From a virus (Duplodnaviria > Heunggongvirae > Uroviricota > Caudoviricetes), in IMG/VR virus record IMGVR_UViG_3300042691_020576: a stretch of 48,132 nucleotides of DNA, one strand, 5' to 3'. The position numbers were made by a program, and so were the translations under genes. Under the pieces are notes generated by a model. It was given only the letters and a program-made list of their open reading frames with translations, had not been told where the DNA came from and did not search any database. Shown piece by piece: positions 18,663-26,790 of this stretch (positions within the stretch are counted from its first letter, which is position 1; every line of letters begins with the position of its first letter).

Positions 18663-19703
18663 ATGATTAACCTTGCATCTTATTTAGGAGATACTATTTC
18701 AAAGTTCTTCAGACGACCTGAAGTACGTAGAACTATGCTAGACGTTCTAAAATCTTCTGGAATAACTAGTTCTACACAACCCAGTGTTCAGATCATTCCT
18801 GGTGAAGGAGGATCTTTTCAGGAACGAGTTGAAATCAGTTGTACAAACGCTGGTCAGTATATCTTTTACAACGCAGATGGTTTTATTACACCTGTCAGTG
18901 GTCCTGTCAATTTAACTCCTGACATAGAGCTTACTGAGATAAACATCAGAGTTGATGCTTATGAGGGGATTACTCCTAATATCAAAGAAATCATCATTAA
19001 CGGTACAAAGTATGTTAGCACAGATGGTTATGATGACAGTGGTATCAGTATCTATGATTGCACTTCTTTAGAATGGATAACCTTTTCTCCTAACGTTCAG
19101 TACGTAGGTATTAATGACGGTGGTGTACAAGGTTATTTTGAGTTTAACGGTTGTTTCCCTAAAGTGAGAGGTGAAGGTTTAGTTAGGATTAGTGACATAA
19201 ACTACAACACTTCTATACTTGATGTTAATACAGATTTAAGTAATGCTTTTCCTGCTGGTGTTACTATAGAAAGTCTTGATTTCTACGGTAACAGTGGACA
19301 AAGTGACCTTAACAGTTTTATCACACCAGCTTGTACCATCAAAGAAATGTTCTTAGCTAACTTTTCATTTGGTTTTGCTTTAGATACACTTGATATATCT
19401 AATACTACTTTCATCTATGAAAATGGTGATCTTAGGTTCTTTCCTGGTATTACTAATCTAGTGCTACCAGTTGGAGCTAAACAAATGCCTTTTAGTATCA
19501 GTTTTGACAATAGTCCAAACATCAATTGGGACAACGTTGAAGAGTTATTACAGTTGTTGATTGATCTTGATGGTACTAACGGCACTACAACTTGGGTAGG
19601 TGAACTGTTTTTGGAAAACTTACCTGAACCAACTCAAAATGCTCTTACTCTGATAGGTATCCTTATTGATAGAGGAGCCACTGTTACATACACTCAACCA
19701 TAA
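18663..19703 (+). CDS. LRR-like/beta-solenoid structural protein
   Basis: Repetitive LxxhDh pattern; C-cap resembles 22801-23391. Confidence 0.4.
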   Translation: MINLASYLGDTISKFFRRPEVRRTMLDVLKSSGITSSTQPSVQIIPGEGGSFQERVEISCTNAGQYIFYNADGFITPVSGPVNLTPDIELTEINIRVDAYEGITPNIKEIIINGTKYVSTDGYDDSGISIYDCTSLEWITFSPNVQYVGINDGGVQGYFEFNGCFPKVRGEGLVRISDINYNTSILDVNTDLSNAFPAGVTIESLDFYGNSGQSDLNSFITPACTIKEMFLANFSFGFALDTLDISNTTFIYENGDLRFFPGITNLVLPVGAKQMPFSISFDNSPNINWDNVEELLQLLIDLDGTNGTTTWVGELFLENLPEPTQNALTLIGILIDRGATVTYTQP

Positions 19704-19706
19704 CTT

Positions 19707-19931
19707 ATGTACGTACAAACTAATTCATTTGGTACCAAAGACACTGTTGTAGACAACAAGTGGGTACTTTTACATGACGGTAAGAACGTAGTACGTCTTA
19801 CAGGTCCTGTTTCATGTAGAGTTGTAACTAAACATGAAGTCTTTGTAGCTGACTCTAAAGATGCAGCTGAAGCTGAAATCTCTCGTCTCAAACTCAAAGT
19901 AAAAGAATCTAAGAATGGCAAAGGGGAATAA
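19707..19931 (+). CDS. Hypothetical protein
   Basis: 74-aa ORF tightly packed after previous gene. Confidence 0.5.
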   Translation: MYVQTNSFGTKDTVVDNKWVLLHDGKNVVRLTGPVSCRVVTKHEVFVADSKDAAEAEISRLKLKVKESKNGKGE

Positions 19932-20037
19932 CACTAATAACAAAATGACCTTTGGAAAACGCAAAGGCGGGAAGGCAAAGAAATCTTCTGGTCCAAAGGA
20001 TAAGCATGTAAGTAAGTACAGAGGGCAAGGAAAATAA
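19915..20037 (+). CDS. 40-aa basic peptide ending YRGQGK (not in ORF track)
   Basis: MAKGNNTNNKMTFGKRKGGKAKKSSGPKDKHVSKYRGQGK translated by hand; YRGQG terminus recurs in small phage basic peptides. Confidence 0.6.
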   Translation: MAKGNNTNNKMTFGKRKGGKAKKSSGPKDKHVSKYRGQGK

Positions 20038-20091
20038 CAAAGTTTGTTATACTGATTTAACGACATTGGTTAACCTATTTCGTTAGAGCTC

Positions 20092-20122
20092 TTTGTAATT
20101 TGCGAATTGAAAATTAATTTTG
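20092..20122 (+). promoter_or_regulatory. Promoter TTTG-N19-TAATTTTG
   Basis: Full consensus; ATG 5 nt downstream at 20128. Confidence 0.7.
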
Positions 20123-20127
20123 TAGAC

Positions 20128-20949
20128 ATGGCTATACCTTCACGACAGATAGGCTGGGGCCCACAAGAAAATCTCCTGTGGGAAATCAACAAGCAACTAG
20201 AAAAGCTTGGTTGTCAGCTTTGTAATGTGGGTATTCCAGGTCCTCAAGGTCCTCCAGGTCCTGCTGGTACATTAGCTGATGCTTATCATGGAGCTTTCAT
20301 ATTTGATAGCGCCACCACTCTTACAGCTGGGATGAACTCCAATACTACTAGTCCAATTCAAGTGGCAAGTACAGCAGGATTCTATGCTCCTGGATATATA
20401 AGAATTGGTACAGAAATCATAGCATACACAGGAATATCTGGAAATACATTTACAGGAATCACTAGAGGTGTAGCTAGTTCTGGTGGATCTAACCATAGTA
20501 TTGGTAGTGACGTTGCTCAAGCACAACTCACTGCTGCTGGTGTGCCTAAACAGGTGCTTCTAGATCAAACAGATCTTTCAAATGGTGTGACACTCAATCC
20601 TCTGACAGGAGATGTAACAATTGTGAACGCTGGAACATACAATCTACAATTTAGCATTCAGTTTGAAAACTTTAGTAATGATGTTGAGGATGCTATAGTG
20701 TGGTTTGCTGTAAATGGAAACAATGTTTCTAAATCAGCTAGTTATATTACCACTCCCACTATCCATGGTGGTACACCAGGAGCCACTCTCATGACAGTGA
20801 ATCTTTTCTTAGCACTTTCCGCTAATGATGTAGTGGCATTGAAATGGACTAGTAATCAAGGAAAAACAGCTATAACAAGCATACCTCCTGTAGGTAGTAC
20901 AATACCACAATCTCCAGGAGTAATTTTTACAGTGAATAGAATCGCATAA
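20128..20949 (+). CDS. Decoration/fibre-like protein: MAIPSR anchor, short collagen segment, BclA/C1q-like C-terminal domain
   Basis: GIPGPQGPPGPAG; VTIVNAGTYNLQFSIQF beta-sandwich motif. Confidence 0.6.
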   Translation: MAIPSRQIGWGPQENLLWEINKQLEKLGCQLCNVGIPGPQGPPGPAGTLADAYHGAFIFDSATTLTAGMNSNTTSPIQVASTAGFYAPGYIRIGTEIIAYTGISGNTFTGITRGVASSGGSNHSIGSDVAQAQLTAAGVPKQVLLDQTDLSNGVTLNPLTGDVTIVNAGTYNLQFSIQFENFSNDVEDAIVWFAVNGNNVSKSASYITTPTIHGGTPGATLMTVNLFLALSANDVVALKWTSNQGKTAITSIPPVGSTIPQSPGVIFTVNRIA

Positions 20950-20960
20950 ATTTTTATAAC

Positions 20961-21104
20961 ATGGCAATCCCTTCAAGACCGTTAAGTCAGGACCCACAGT
21001 CCCAGCTCCTTTGGAACATCTCCAAACAGCTTGAGCAGTTGATTGGATTGGTAAGTAAGTTGACTCCAACTACTACTACCACCACAACCACTGCAGCTCC
21101 ATAA
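20961..21104 (+). CDS. 47-aa MAIPSR-family paralogue with poly-Thr tail (not in ORF track)
   Basis: MAIPSRPLSQDPQSQLLWNISKQLEQLIGLVSKLTPTTTTTTTTAAP; matches N-terminus of 20128 gene. Confidence 0.8.
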   Translation: MAIPSRPLSQDPQSQLLWNISKQLEQLIGLVSKLTPTTTTTTTTAAP

Positions 21105-21129
21105 TTAGCACAAACCAACAAAACTACAT

Positions 21130-22146
21130 ATGAAGGATCTTAAGTATGTCTGCGTCCAACCAGATGATAACTACTATACATGGCAAGTTCATCTTTGGTT
21201 GGAGAGTTTGAAAAACAGAGGAGAGAGCGATAAAGCAATTGTGCTGGTGTTCACTCCCAATTACAGAACTCAGAATCCTAAATGGCAACAGATAGTTGAT
21301 CTCTATCCAGAAGCACAGTTTCACTTCTATAAAGATGAACATGATGTAAGTTCCTTATTAGGAATCTATATTCCAGTGCTTAGACCATACACTTTATGGA
21401 GACATTGGAAGGAGCATCCTGAACTTAGCAATAGTGCTATCCTCTACTGTGATTCAGATGTTATTTTTACAGAACATTTTGATATTCAACAGTTTGTAGA
21501 AAACGATGTTTGTTATCTGTCTGATACGAATAGCTACATCAACGCTAAATACTTTGACAGCAAGGTGAACGATGTTCTTCCTGATAAACTGGAAGAATAT
21601 AAAACACGAGACATCCTAGCTGAGATTGGTAGTGTAATTGGTATCAGCAGACAAGAAGCTGAAGCAAACAATGACCATTCTGGAGGAGCTCAATATCTCC
21701 TGAAGAACATTGACGCAGCTTTTTGGAACAAGGTGATGAATGATTGTATTCTGATCAGATCCTACTTACAGAGAATCAATAAGGAATATTTCCAAAGCGA
21801 AGACAAAGGTTTCCAAAGTTGGTGTGCTGATATGTGGGCTGTCCTGTGGAATCTTTGGGTGAGAGAGAAACAAGTGGAAGTGATTCCAGAAATGGGCTTC
21901 TCTTGGGCCCCTGACCCAATCACCAAGCTAGAAACTCATCCGATCCTTCATAATGCAGGTGTAGTAGGTACCAACATGGATGGTATAAACTACTTCTACA
22001 AAGCTAAATACCACCAGAGTGGTGATCCTACAAAGGATGCACATCTGGAAGCTGTATTGAACGATGAGAAAGCTCAAGTTAAATGTACATGGTATTACGC
22101 AAACGAACTGAAAAAACTTAGTCAAAAATACAACCTTAACTATTAA
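21130..22146 (+). CDS. GT-A glycosyltransferase resembling plant peptidyl-Ser galactosyl-/Hyp arabinosyltransferases (GT96/GT95)
   Basis: NYYTWQ, LRP...W, YCDSDVI (DxD), GGAQ, WCADMW, ILHNAG motifs in the order of the SERGT/HPAT family. Confidence 0.65.
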   Translation: MKDLKYVCVQPDDNYYTWQVHLWLESLKNRGESDKAIVLVFTPNYRTQNPKWQQIVDLYPEAQFHFYKDEHDVSSLLGIYIPVLRPYTLWRHWKEHPELSNSAILYCDSDVIFTEHFDIQQFVENDVCYLSDTNSYINAKYFDSKVNDVLPDKLEEYKTRDILAEIGSVIGISRQEAEANNDHSGGAQYLLKNIDAAFWNKVMNDCILIRSYLQRINKEYFQSEDKGFQSWCADMWAVLWNLWVREKQVEVIPEMGFSWAPDPITKLETHPILHNAGVVGTNMDGINYFYKAKYHQSGDPTKDAHLEAVLNDEKAQVKCTWYYANELKKLSQKYNLNY

Positions 22147-22164
22147 CCCTTTAACTTTTTTAAA

Positions 22165-22380
22165 ATGGGAAGCATTGATAAACGTCCTTTAAAAGCTTAT
22201 GTCCGTTTCGATGGAAGCGGAAGAATAGTTGCAGGTAGCCTTATTCTGAGAAGAAAGAAGCCCAAGGTAGGTAAGTGGGTGGAAATTCCAGCGTATGAGT
22301 GCTGCAATCCTACAACTACCACAACAACAACTGTGGCACCAACAACAACAACCACAACCACCGAGGCTCCTATCGGTTAA
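22165..22380 (+). CDS. KAYVR-family small protein with double poly-Thr (mucin-like) tail
   Basis: ECCNPTTTTTTTVAPTTTTTTTEAPIG. Confidence 0.75.
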   Translation: MGSIDKRPLKAYVRFDGSGRIVAGSLILRRKKPKVGKWVEIPAYECCNPTTTTTTTVAPTTTTTTTEAPIG

Positions 22381-22390
22381 AACATAACAC

Positions 22391-22789
22391 ATGGCAACTA
22401 ATAATAAATTAAAAGCGTACGTCCGTTATGATGGTACAAGACGTGTTATTCCTGGTAGCTTGATTCTTCAGAGATTCAAGCCAAAGGTGGGTAATTGGAA
22501 AGAGATTCCAGCAAATGAATGTTGCAATTATGAACCTCTACCTGCAAACTGTATTGAGTTTGTTGTAAACACAACGGGTGATACATGGTTTACTTTTAAC
22601 TTTACCACTACAGGACCTATCAACTTCACTGTTGATTGGGGGGATGGTACAACATATTCTGATTCAGAAATTGGTGAATTTCATGAAGTGTCACATTACT
22701 ATCCTCAAGAAGATCAGCAGTACACTGTTAGAGTTTGCTTTGATAATATCGCATCTGTAACAGAAATTGAGTTTCCTGGCAACGACTAA
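22391..22789 (+). CDS. KAYVR-family protein with PKD-like C-terminal domain
   Basis: N-terminal 45 aa paralogous to 22165; VDWGDG...H.Y...YTV PKD motif. Confidence 0.65.
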   Translation: MATNNKLKAYVRYDGTRRVIPGSLILQRFKPKVGNWKEIPANECCNYEPLPANCIEFVVNTTGDTWFTFNFTTTGPINFTVDWGDGTTYSDSEIGEFHEVSHYYPQEDQQYTVRVCFDNIASVTEIEFPGND

Positions 22790-22800
22790 ACTTATTAAAA

Positions 22801-23391
22801 ATGGCAGCAAGAATAACATCAATAACAGGTTTGCAAAACTTAACAGGGTTAGTAAACTTCTATGCAGATTGGAACTCACTTACATCTGTTAACTTATCTG
22901 GACTTACAAATCTACTTTTAGTAGATGTGAGTGACCAAAATTCAATTATTGGTAACCAAAACTGTTTAACATCTATTAATCTATCAGGATCTACAGCTAT
23001 TGAAGTGTTACGTCTTGATGACAGCGATTTCTCAGCTGGTTATCCTGACATCTCAGCACTTGCTAGTTTACTAGTATTAGATATGGATCAGTGTCAATTA
23101 TCAGGAGTTATAGACTTATCCATATTTCCCAATCTTATATCCATTGATCTTAGTAGTAACAATAACATTACATCAGTAATTTTACTTGAACAATTTTTAA
23201 ACCATGTTAATCTTGGCCAAAATGCTCTTACACAAGAATGTGTAGATGATGTCTTGATGTGGTTAGATGGTAGTGGTGTAGAGAATGGATATGTAGATTT
23301 ATCAGGTGGTACAAATGCTGCACCTAGTCAACAGGGGATAGATCATGCTGATAGTCTTATTAGTAAAGGTTGGCAAGTGTTATACAACTAA
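22801..23391 (+). CDS. Leucine-rich-repeat protein
   Basis: LTSVNLSGLTNL, LTSINLSG, LISIDLSSN repeats with C-cap. Confidence 0.65.
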   Translation: MAARITSITGLQNLTGLVNFYADWNSLTSVNLSGLTNLLLVDVSDQNSIIGNQNCLTSINLSGSTAIEVLRLDDSDFSAGYPDISALASLLVLDMDQCQLSGVIDLSIFPNLISIDLSSNNNITSVILLEQFLNHVNLGQNALTQECVDDVLMWLDGSGVENGYVDLSGGTNAAPSQQGIDHADSLISKGWQVLYN

Positions 23392-23432
23392 TCAACTGCT
23401 GCCACTATAACAACAGTATAATATAAAATCAA

Positions 23433-23846
23433 ATGGCAAAATCATTATTTCCTTCTCAAATGTTAGAGGGTGGTGCAGGTGAAATGACCTTAGAAGGTAT
23501 TGCTGGTAAGCTCACCTATTTTCATGAACAATTACACTTATTGCATTGGACTACAACTAGTTATGCAGAACACCAAGCTCTTGGTGGTCTGTATGATTAT
23601 GTGCATGATTTCAAAGATGGTGTGATTGAGAAACTCATGGGCTATACAGGCAAGCGTCCTAAGGCATTCAAAATAGAACAATGTTCTGATACAGCAAGTG
23701 CTGATGCTGTTGTAAGTTCTTTGATGGGCTTTGCATCTAGTCTGAAAAGCTTTGCCGAGTCTAATGGCTATCATGACATCTCTAACCTGGCTGATGCTCT
23801 GAGTGGCGAAGCTGCGAAAACTAAATATCTCTTAACTCTGTCCTAA
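23433..23846 (+). CDS. Ferritin-like (Dps/DUF5856-like) protein
   Basis: QLHLLHW...YAEHQALGGLYD...DGVIEKLMG four-helix-bundle metal motifs. Confidence 0.7.
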   Translation: MAKSLFPSQMLEGGAGEMTLEGIAGKLTYFHEQLHLLHWTTTSYAEHQALGGLYDYVHDFKDGVIEKLMGYTGKRPKAFKIEQCSDTASADAVVSSLMGFASSLKSFAESNGYHDISNLADALSGEAAKTKYLLTLS

Positions 23847-24130
23847 TGACAATCAGTAAGAAGTTTTTTCCTCAAGTGATGGCAGACAATGAGCTCGCTT
23901 ATTTCTCTCATCTTGAAGGAGTGATAGATTCAGTTGATGAACTTTGCTCCATGGAGATTACGAAAAAACCTCACTCATATCATTTCAGAGTGGCCCCATC
24001 AGTTCCCAAGTATACACAGTTGATTCTTGAGGAACTGTTGAAGTTTCACAACATGTTTGGAATAAGACTTGACTTATCAAAAAGCATCAAGACTTCCAGT
24101 ACAGTGACCTTTGAAATAAATTTGGACTAA
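23846..24130 (+). CDS. Hypothetical protein
   Basis: Overlapping stop/start (TAATG). Confidence 0.55.
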   Translation: MTISKKFFPQVMADNELAYFSHLEGVIDSVDELCSMEITKKPHSYHFRVAPSVPKYTQLILEELLKFHNMFGIRLDLSKSIKTSSTVTFEINLD

Positions 24131-24152
24131 TGGTTGTTACAACATAAATTTG
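24121..24152 (+). promoter_or_regulatory. Promoter TTTG-N20-TAAATTTG
   Basis: Full Bacteroidota consensus upstream of basic-protein block. Confidence 0.7.
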
Positions 24153-24173
24153 TGGTAACCAAAAAATTATATA

Positions 24174-24410
24174 ATGGCAACGTACAATCCTAATGCTCGT
24201 TACACATGGAATCCTGAAGACAAGTTTGAACTGACAGGTTCTGAATTTGGTCTGATGTTAAACGCTTTTCGTGCTATTCTGAATACACCAGAAGCAGGTA
24301 GAATCCTAATGGCTAGCGAGGCGAATGATGCTGTTGAAAGAGTGTTAGCAAGAGCTGTAGAAGCTGATATTGTTAAAGAAGTTCCTCAAGAGAACAAAGC
24401 AAGTTTGTAA
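24174..24410 (+). CDS. Hypothetical protein
   Basis: 78-aa ORF downstream of promoter. Confidence 0.55.
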   Translation: MATYNPNARYTWNPEDKFELTGSEFGLMLNAFRAILNTPEAGRILMASEANDAVERVLARAVEADIVKEVPQENKASL

Positions 24411-24411
24411 T

Positions 24412-24885
24412 ATGGCAAGAATTAAAAAAGCTCAAGGTGGTGACACGCTCTCCAAAAGAGAGCTGTCTGCCCTTGCTCATCAGAAAAGAGGTATGGGCAA
24501 AATGAGTAACACCTTTGTTAAGAAAAGTGGCGCTATCAGAAATGAAACTGGTCAGTTGACTGATAGTCAAATGAAACAGTTGAAGGACTATATGGGTAGG
24601 TCAAGCAAAGCTGAGAAGGTTTACCAAGCTCTTCCTAACGTGGGAAGAATGGTGGGCAAGAGTGCTGCTGACATTCCTAAAGGTTCTAAGCTTGAGAAGC
24701 AACGCTCTGGTGGCAAAATGAAGAAAGCTAAAGCTGGAAAGCAAATGCTCAAACGTGCTGATGGAAGCTACTCACAACGTGGTTTGTGGGACAACATCCG
24801 TGCGAACAAAGGTAGTGGTAAGAAACCCACTGCACAGATGCTCAAACAAGAGCGCAAGATTAAAGCATCCTCTAAAAAGAAATAA
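24412..24885 (+). CDS. Lysine-rich modular protein 1 (putative DNA-binding/core)
   Basis: Very basic; GLWDNIRA...KKPT terminal module. Confidence 0.6.
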   Translation: MARIKKAQGGDTLSKRELSALAHQKRGMGKMSNTFVKKSGAIRNETGQLTDSQMKQLKDYMGRSSKAEKVYQALPNVGRMVGKSAADIPKGSKLEKQRSGGKMKKAKAGKQMLKRADGSYSQRGLWDNIRANKGSGKKPTAQMLKQERKIKASSKKK

Positions 24886-24886
24886 G

Positions 24887-25264
24887 ATGGCAAAAGTTAA
24901 GAAAGCCCAAGCTGGCTTAAAGGCTTCTTCTAAACGTGTTGGTCCAGTTAATCCAGACGGTGCTTGGACCAAGGTGCAAGAGATGAATCTACCTCCTAAG
25001 AATGTTAAGACTAAGGTTAGTCTTACTCCTAATAAAGAACAAGGTGCTACCAAAATGAAAAAGGGTGGTAAACTGACTAAGGCTGAAGGTGGTAAGTGGA
25101 TTCAAAAGGCTATTAAAAAACCTGGTGCACTGCGTAAACAACTTGGTGCTAAACCTGGTAAGCCAATCCCTGCTGCTAAACTTGCAGCTGCTGCAAAGAA
25201 ACCTGGTAAATTAGGTCAGCGTGCACGTTTGGCTCAGACCTTGAAAAAGATGAAAAAGAAATAA
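24887..25264 (+). CDS. Lysine-rich modular protein 2
   Basis: KWIQKAIKKPGALR...GQRARLAQTL module. Confidence 0.6.
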   Translation: MAKVKKAQAGLKASSKRVGPVNPDGAWTKVQEMNLPPKNVKTKVSLTPNKEQGATKMKKGGKLTKAEGGKWIQKAIKKPGALRKQLGAKPGKPIPAAKLAAAAKKPGKLGQRARLAQTLKKMKKK

Positions 25265-25479
25265 TGGTTATCTTTGAACCACAGAATCGAGTGGATGTTT
25301 CAACTCCCAAAGGTGATGGTGTTATATGGTTGGTTACAGACTACGGTCATGAAAGCAATACGATATACACAATCATCATCAATGATACAGGAGAAATGTG
25401 GCAGTTCACTCACAAGGATATAGTGGTGAAGAGTAACGTAACTTTTGGAAGAGATGGCTACACTAAAAAAAGTTCTTAA
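25264..25479 (+). CDS. Hypothetical protein
   Basis: Overlapping stop/start with neighbours. Confidence 0.55.
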   Translation: MVIFEPQNRVDVSTPKGDGVIWLVTDYGHESNTIYTIIINDTGEMWQFTHKDIVVKSNVTFGRDGYTKKSS

Positions 25480-25906
25480 GTCTGATGTTAGAATGCGCAA
25501 TTCTATGCCTCGTAAGGCAAAGAAGGGCGACACTATCACCTCTGTAAAGGGTGCAATCACTCCTGTTCCTGATGGTCCATTGATCAAAAAGCGTGGGGTG
25601 TATTCAGGTTCTACATTGAAGAATGGTGGTAAGACACCAGCCTGGCAAAGGAAGGAAGGTAAGAATCCATCTGGAGGATTAAATGCTAAAGGTGTTGCAT
25701 CCTACAGAAGACAAAATCCTGGTAGCAAATTGAAGACTGCTGTTACCACAAAGCCTTCTAAACTGAAAAAGGGTAGCAAAGCTGCTAATCGTAGAAAGTC
25801 ATTCTGTGCTAGAATGTCTGGCATGAAGAAGCGCCTCACGAGTGCAAAGACTGCCAACGATCCAAATAGCAGAATCAATAAGAGTCTTCGTAAATGGAAT
25901 TGCTAA
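25454..25906 (+). CDS. Lysine-rich modular protein 3 (DUF6321-like C-terminal module)
   Basis: TPAWQRKEGKNPSGGLN...RRKSFCARM...DPNSR...KWNC. Confidence 0.6.
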   Translation: MATLKKVLKSDVRMRNSMPRKAKKGDTITSVKGAITPVPDGPLIKKRGVYSGSTLKNGGKTPAWQRKEGKNPSGGLNAKGVASYRRQNPGSKLKTAVTTKPSKLKKGSKAANRRKSFCARMSGMKKRLTSAKTANDPNSRINKSLRKWNC

Positions 25907-25925
25907 TTCAAAAACTTATACAACA

Positions 25926-26450
25926 ATGGCAACAATGAAAAAAGCACAACGTGGTGCTGGTGTCCCTAAAGGATATGTTCGTGGAGAAATGAGTGGTAAG
26001 CTCATGAAAGAATCCAAACTGAACAAACGTACAGATGAAATAGCTAAAGACCTTGAAAAAGGTAGAAAGGCCATGGCTAAAAAAGCTGCTCCTAAGAAAA
26101 TGAAGAGTGGTGGCAAATCTTTCCCTGACCTGAATAAGGATGGTAAGATTACCAAGGCTGACATTCTTAAAGGTCGTGGTGTTATCGCTAAGAAGGGTGT
26201 AAAGGTTAAGAAGGCTCAAGCTGGTACAGCTGCCCCTATGAAGGTAGGTTTACGTGCTGGTCAAATGAAACGCTTAGGTCGTCTTGCTGCAAAAAATCCT
26301 GACAAAGCTACAAAAGTAGGTTCTAGAATGGTAGAGCGTGCTACACGTAAACAACGTGGTAAAGAGTTCCTCCAGAAGAACTTATCTAGCCTAATGCCTC
26401 AGTCTAGATCAGGCAGCAAAATGAAGAAGTGTAAATATGGTTGTAAATAA
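25926..26450 (+). CDS. Lysine-rich modular protein 4 with single EF-hand/dockerin-like loop
   Basis: FPDLNKDGKITKADILKGRG module. Confidence 0.6.
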   Translation: MATMKKAQRGAGVPKGYVRGEMSGKLMKESKLNKRTDEIAKDLEKGRKAMAKKAAPKKMKSGGKSFPDLNKDGKITKADILKGRGVIAKKGVKVKKAQAGTAAPMKVGLRAGQMKRLGRLAAKNPDKATKVGSRMVERATRKQRGKEFLQKNLSSLMPQSRSGSKMKKCKYGCK

Positions 26451-26465
26451 TTAAATCCCTATACA

Positions 26466-26612
26466 ATGAAAAAAGCATCTGCTCCAAAATCATCTGCAGT
26501 TTCTTTGAAACTGGGCTCTTACAATAGCGCTAAGAGAACTATTGGTAAGAATCAGACAGGTAAGAACGTAAAGGTAGCTGGTTTGAAGAAAGCTGGTAGA
26601 ACAAAAAAGTAA
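26466..26612 (+). CDS. 48-aa basic peptide (not in ORF track)
   Basis: MKKASAPKSS...KKAGRTKK translated by hand; A-rich leader. Confidence 0.55.
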   Translation: MKKASAPKSSAVSLKLGSYNSAKRTIGKNQTGKNVKVAGLKKAGRTKK

Positions 26613-26616
26613 TACC

Positions 26617-26754
26617 ATGAAATCAGGAAAACCTAGAAAGGCTCCTAAAGTTAAGAATCCTAGGCCCAAGGATAACTATATGAAGGAAGCTGATACAAAG
26701 CTTCGTTTGAAAAGTAAGATGTGGCCTATGAAACAGAAACGCTTATCTAAGTGA
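26617..26754 (+). CDS. 45-aa basic peptide (not in ORF track)
   Basis: MKSGKPRKAPKVKNPRPK...KRLSK translated by hand; ends at terminator. Confidence 0.55.
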   Translation: MKSGKPRKAPKVKNPRPKDNYMKEADTKLRLKSKMWPMKQKRLSK

Positions 26755-26790
26755 TAAAAAGAAACCCACCGTTTGGTGGGTTTTTTATTT
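26755..26790. terminator. Bidirectional terminator at the strand switch
   Basis: AAACCCACC-GTTT-GGTGGGTTT with A-tract before and T-tract after. Confidence 0.9.

Noticed and set aside
20128-22789. Poly-Thr runs as slippage microsatellites or CRISPR-like repeats
   Set aside because: Thr codons are mixed (act/acc/aca); no spacer-separated nucleotide repeats anywhere in the window
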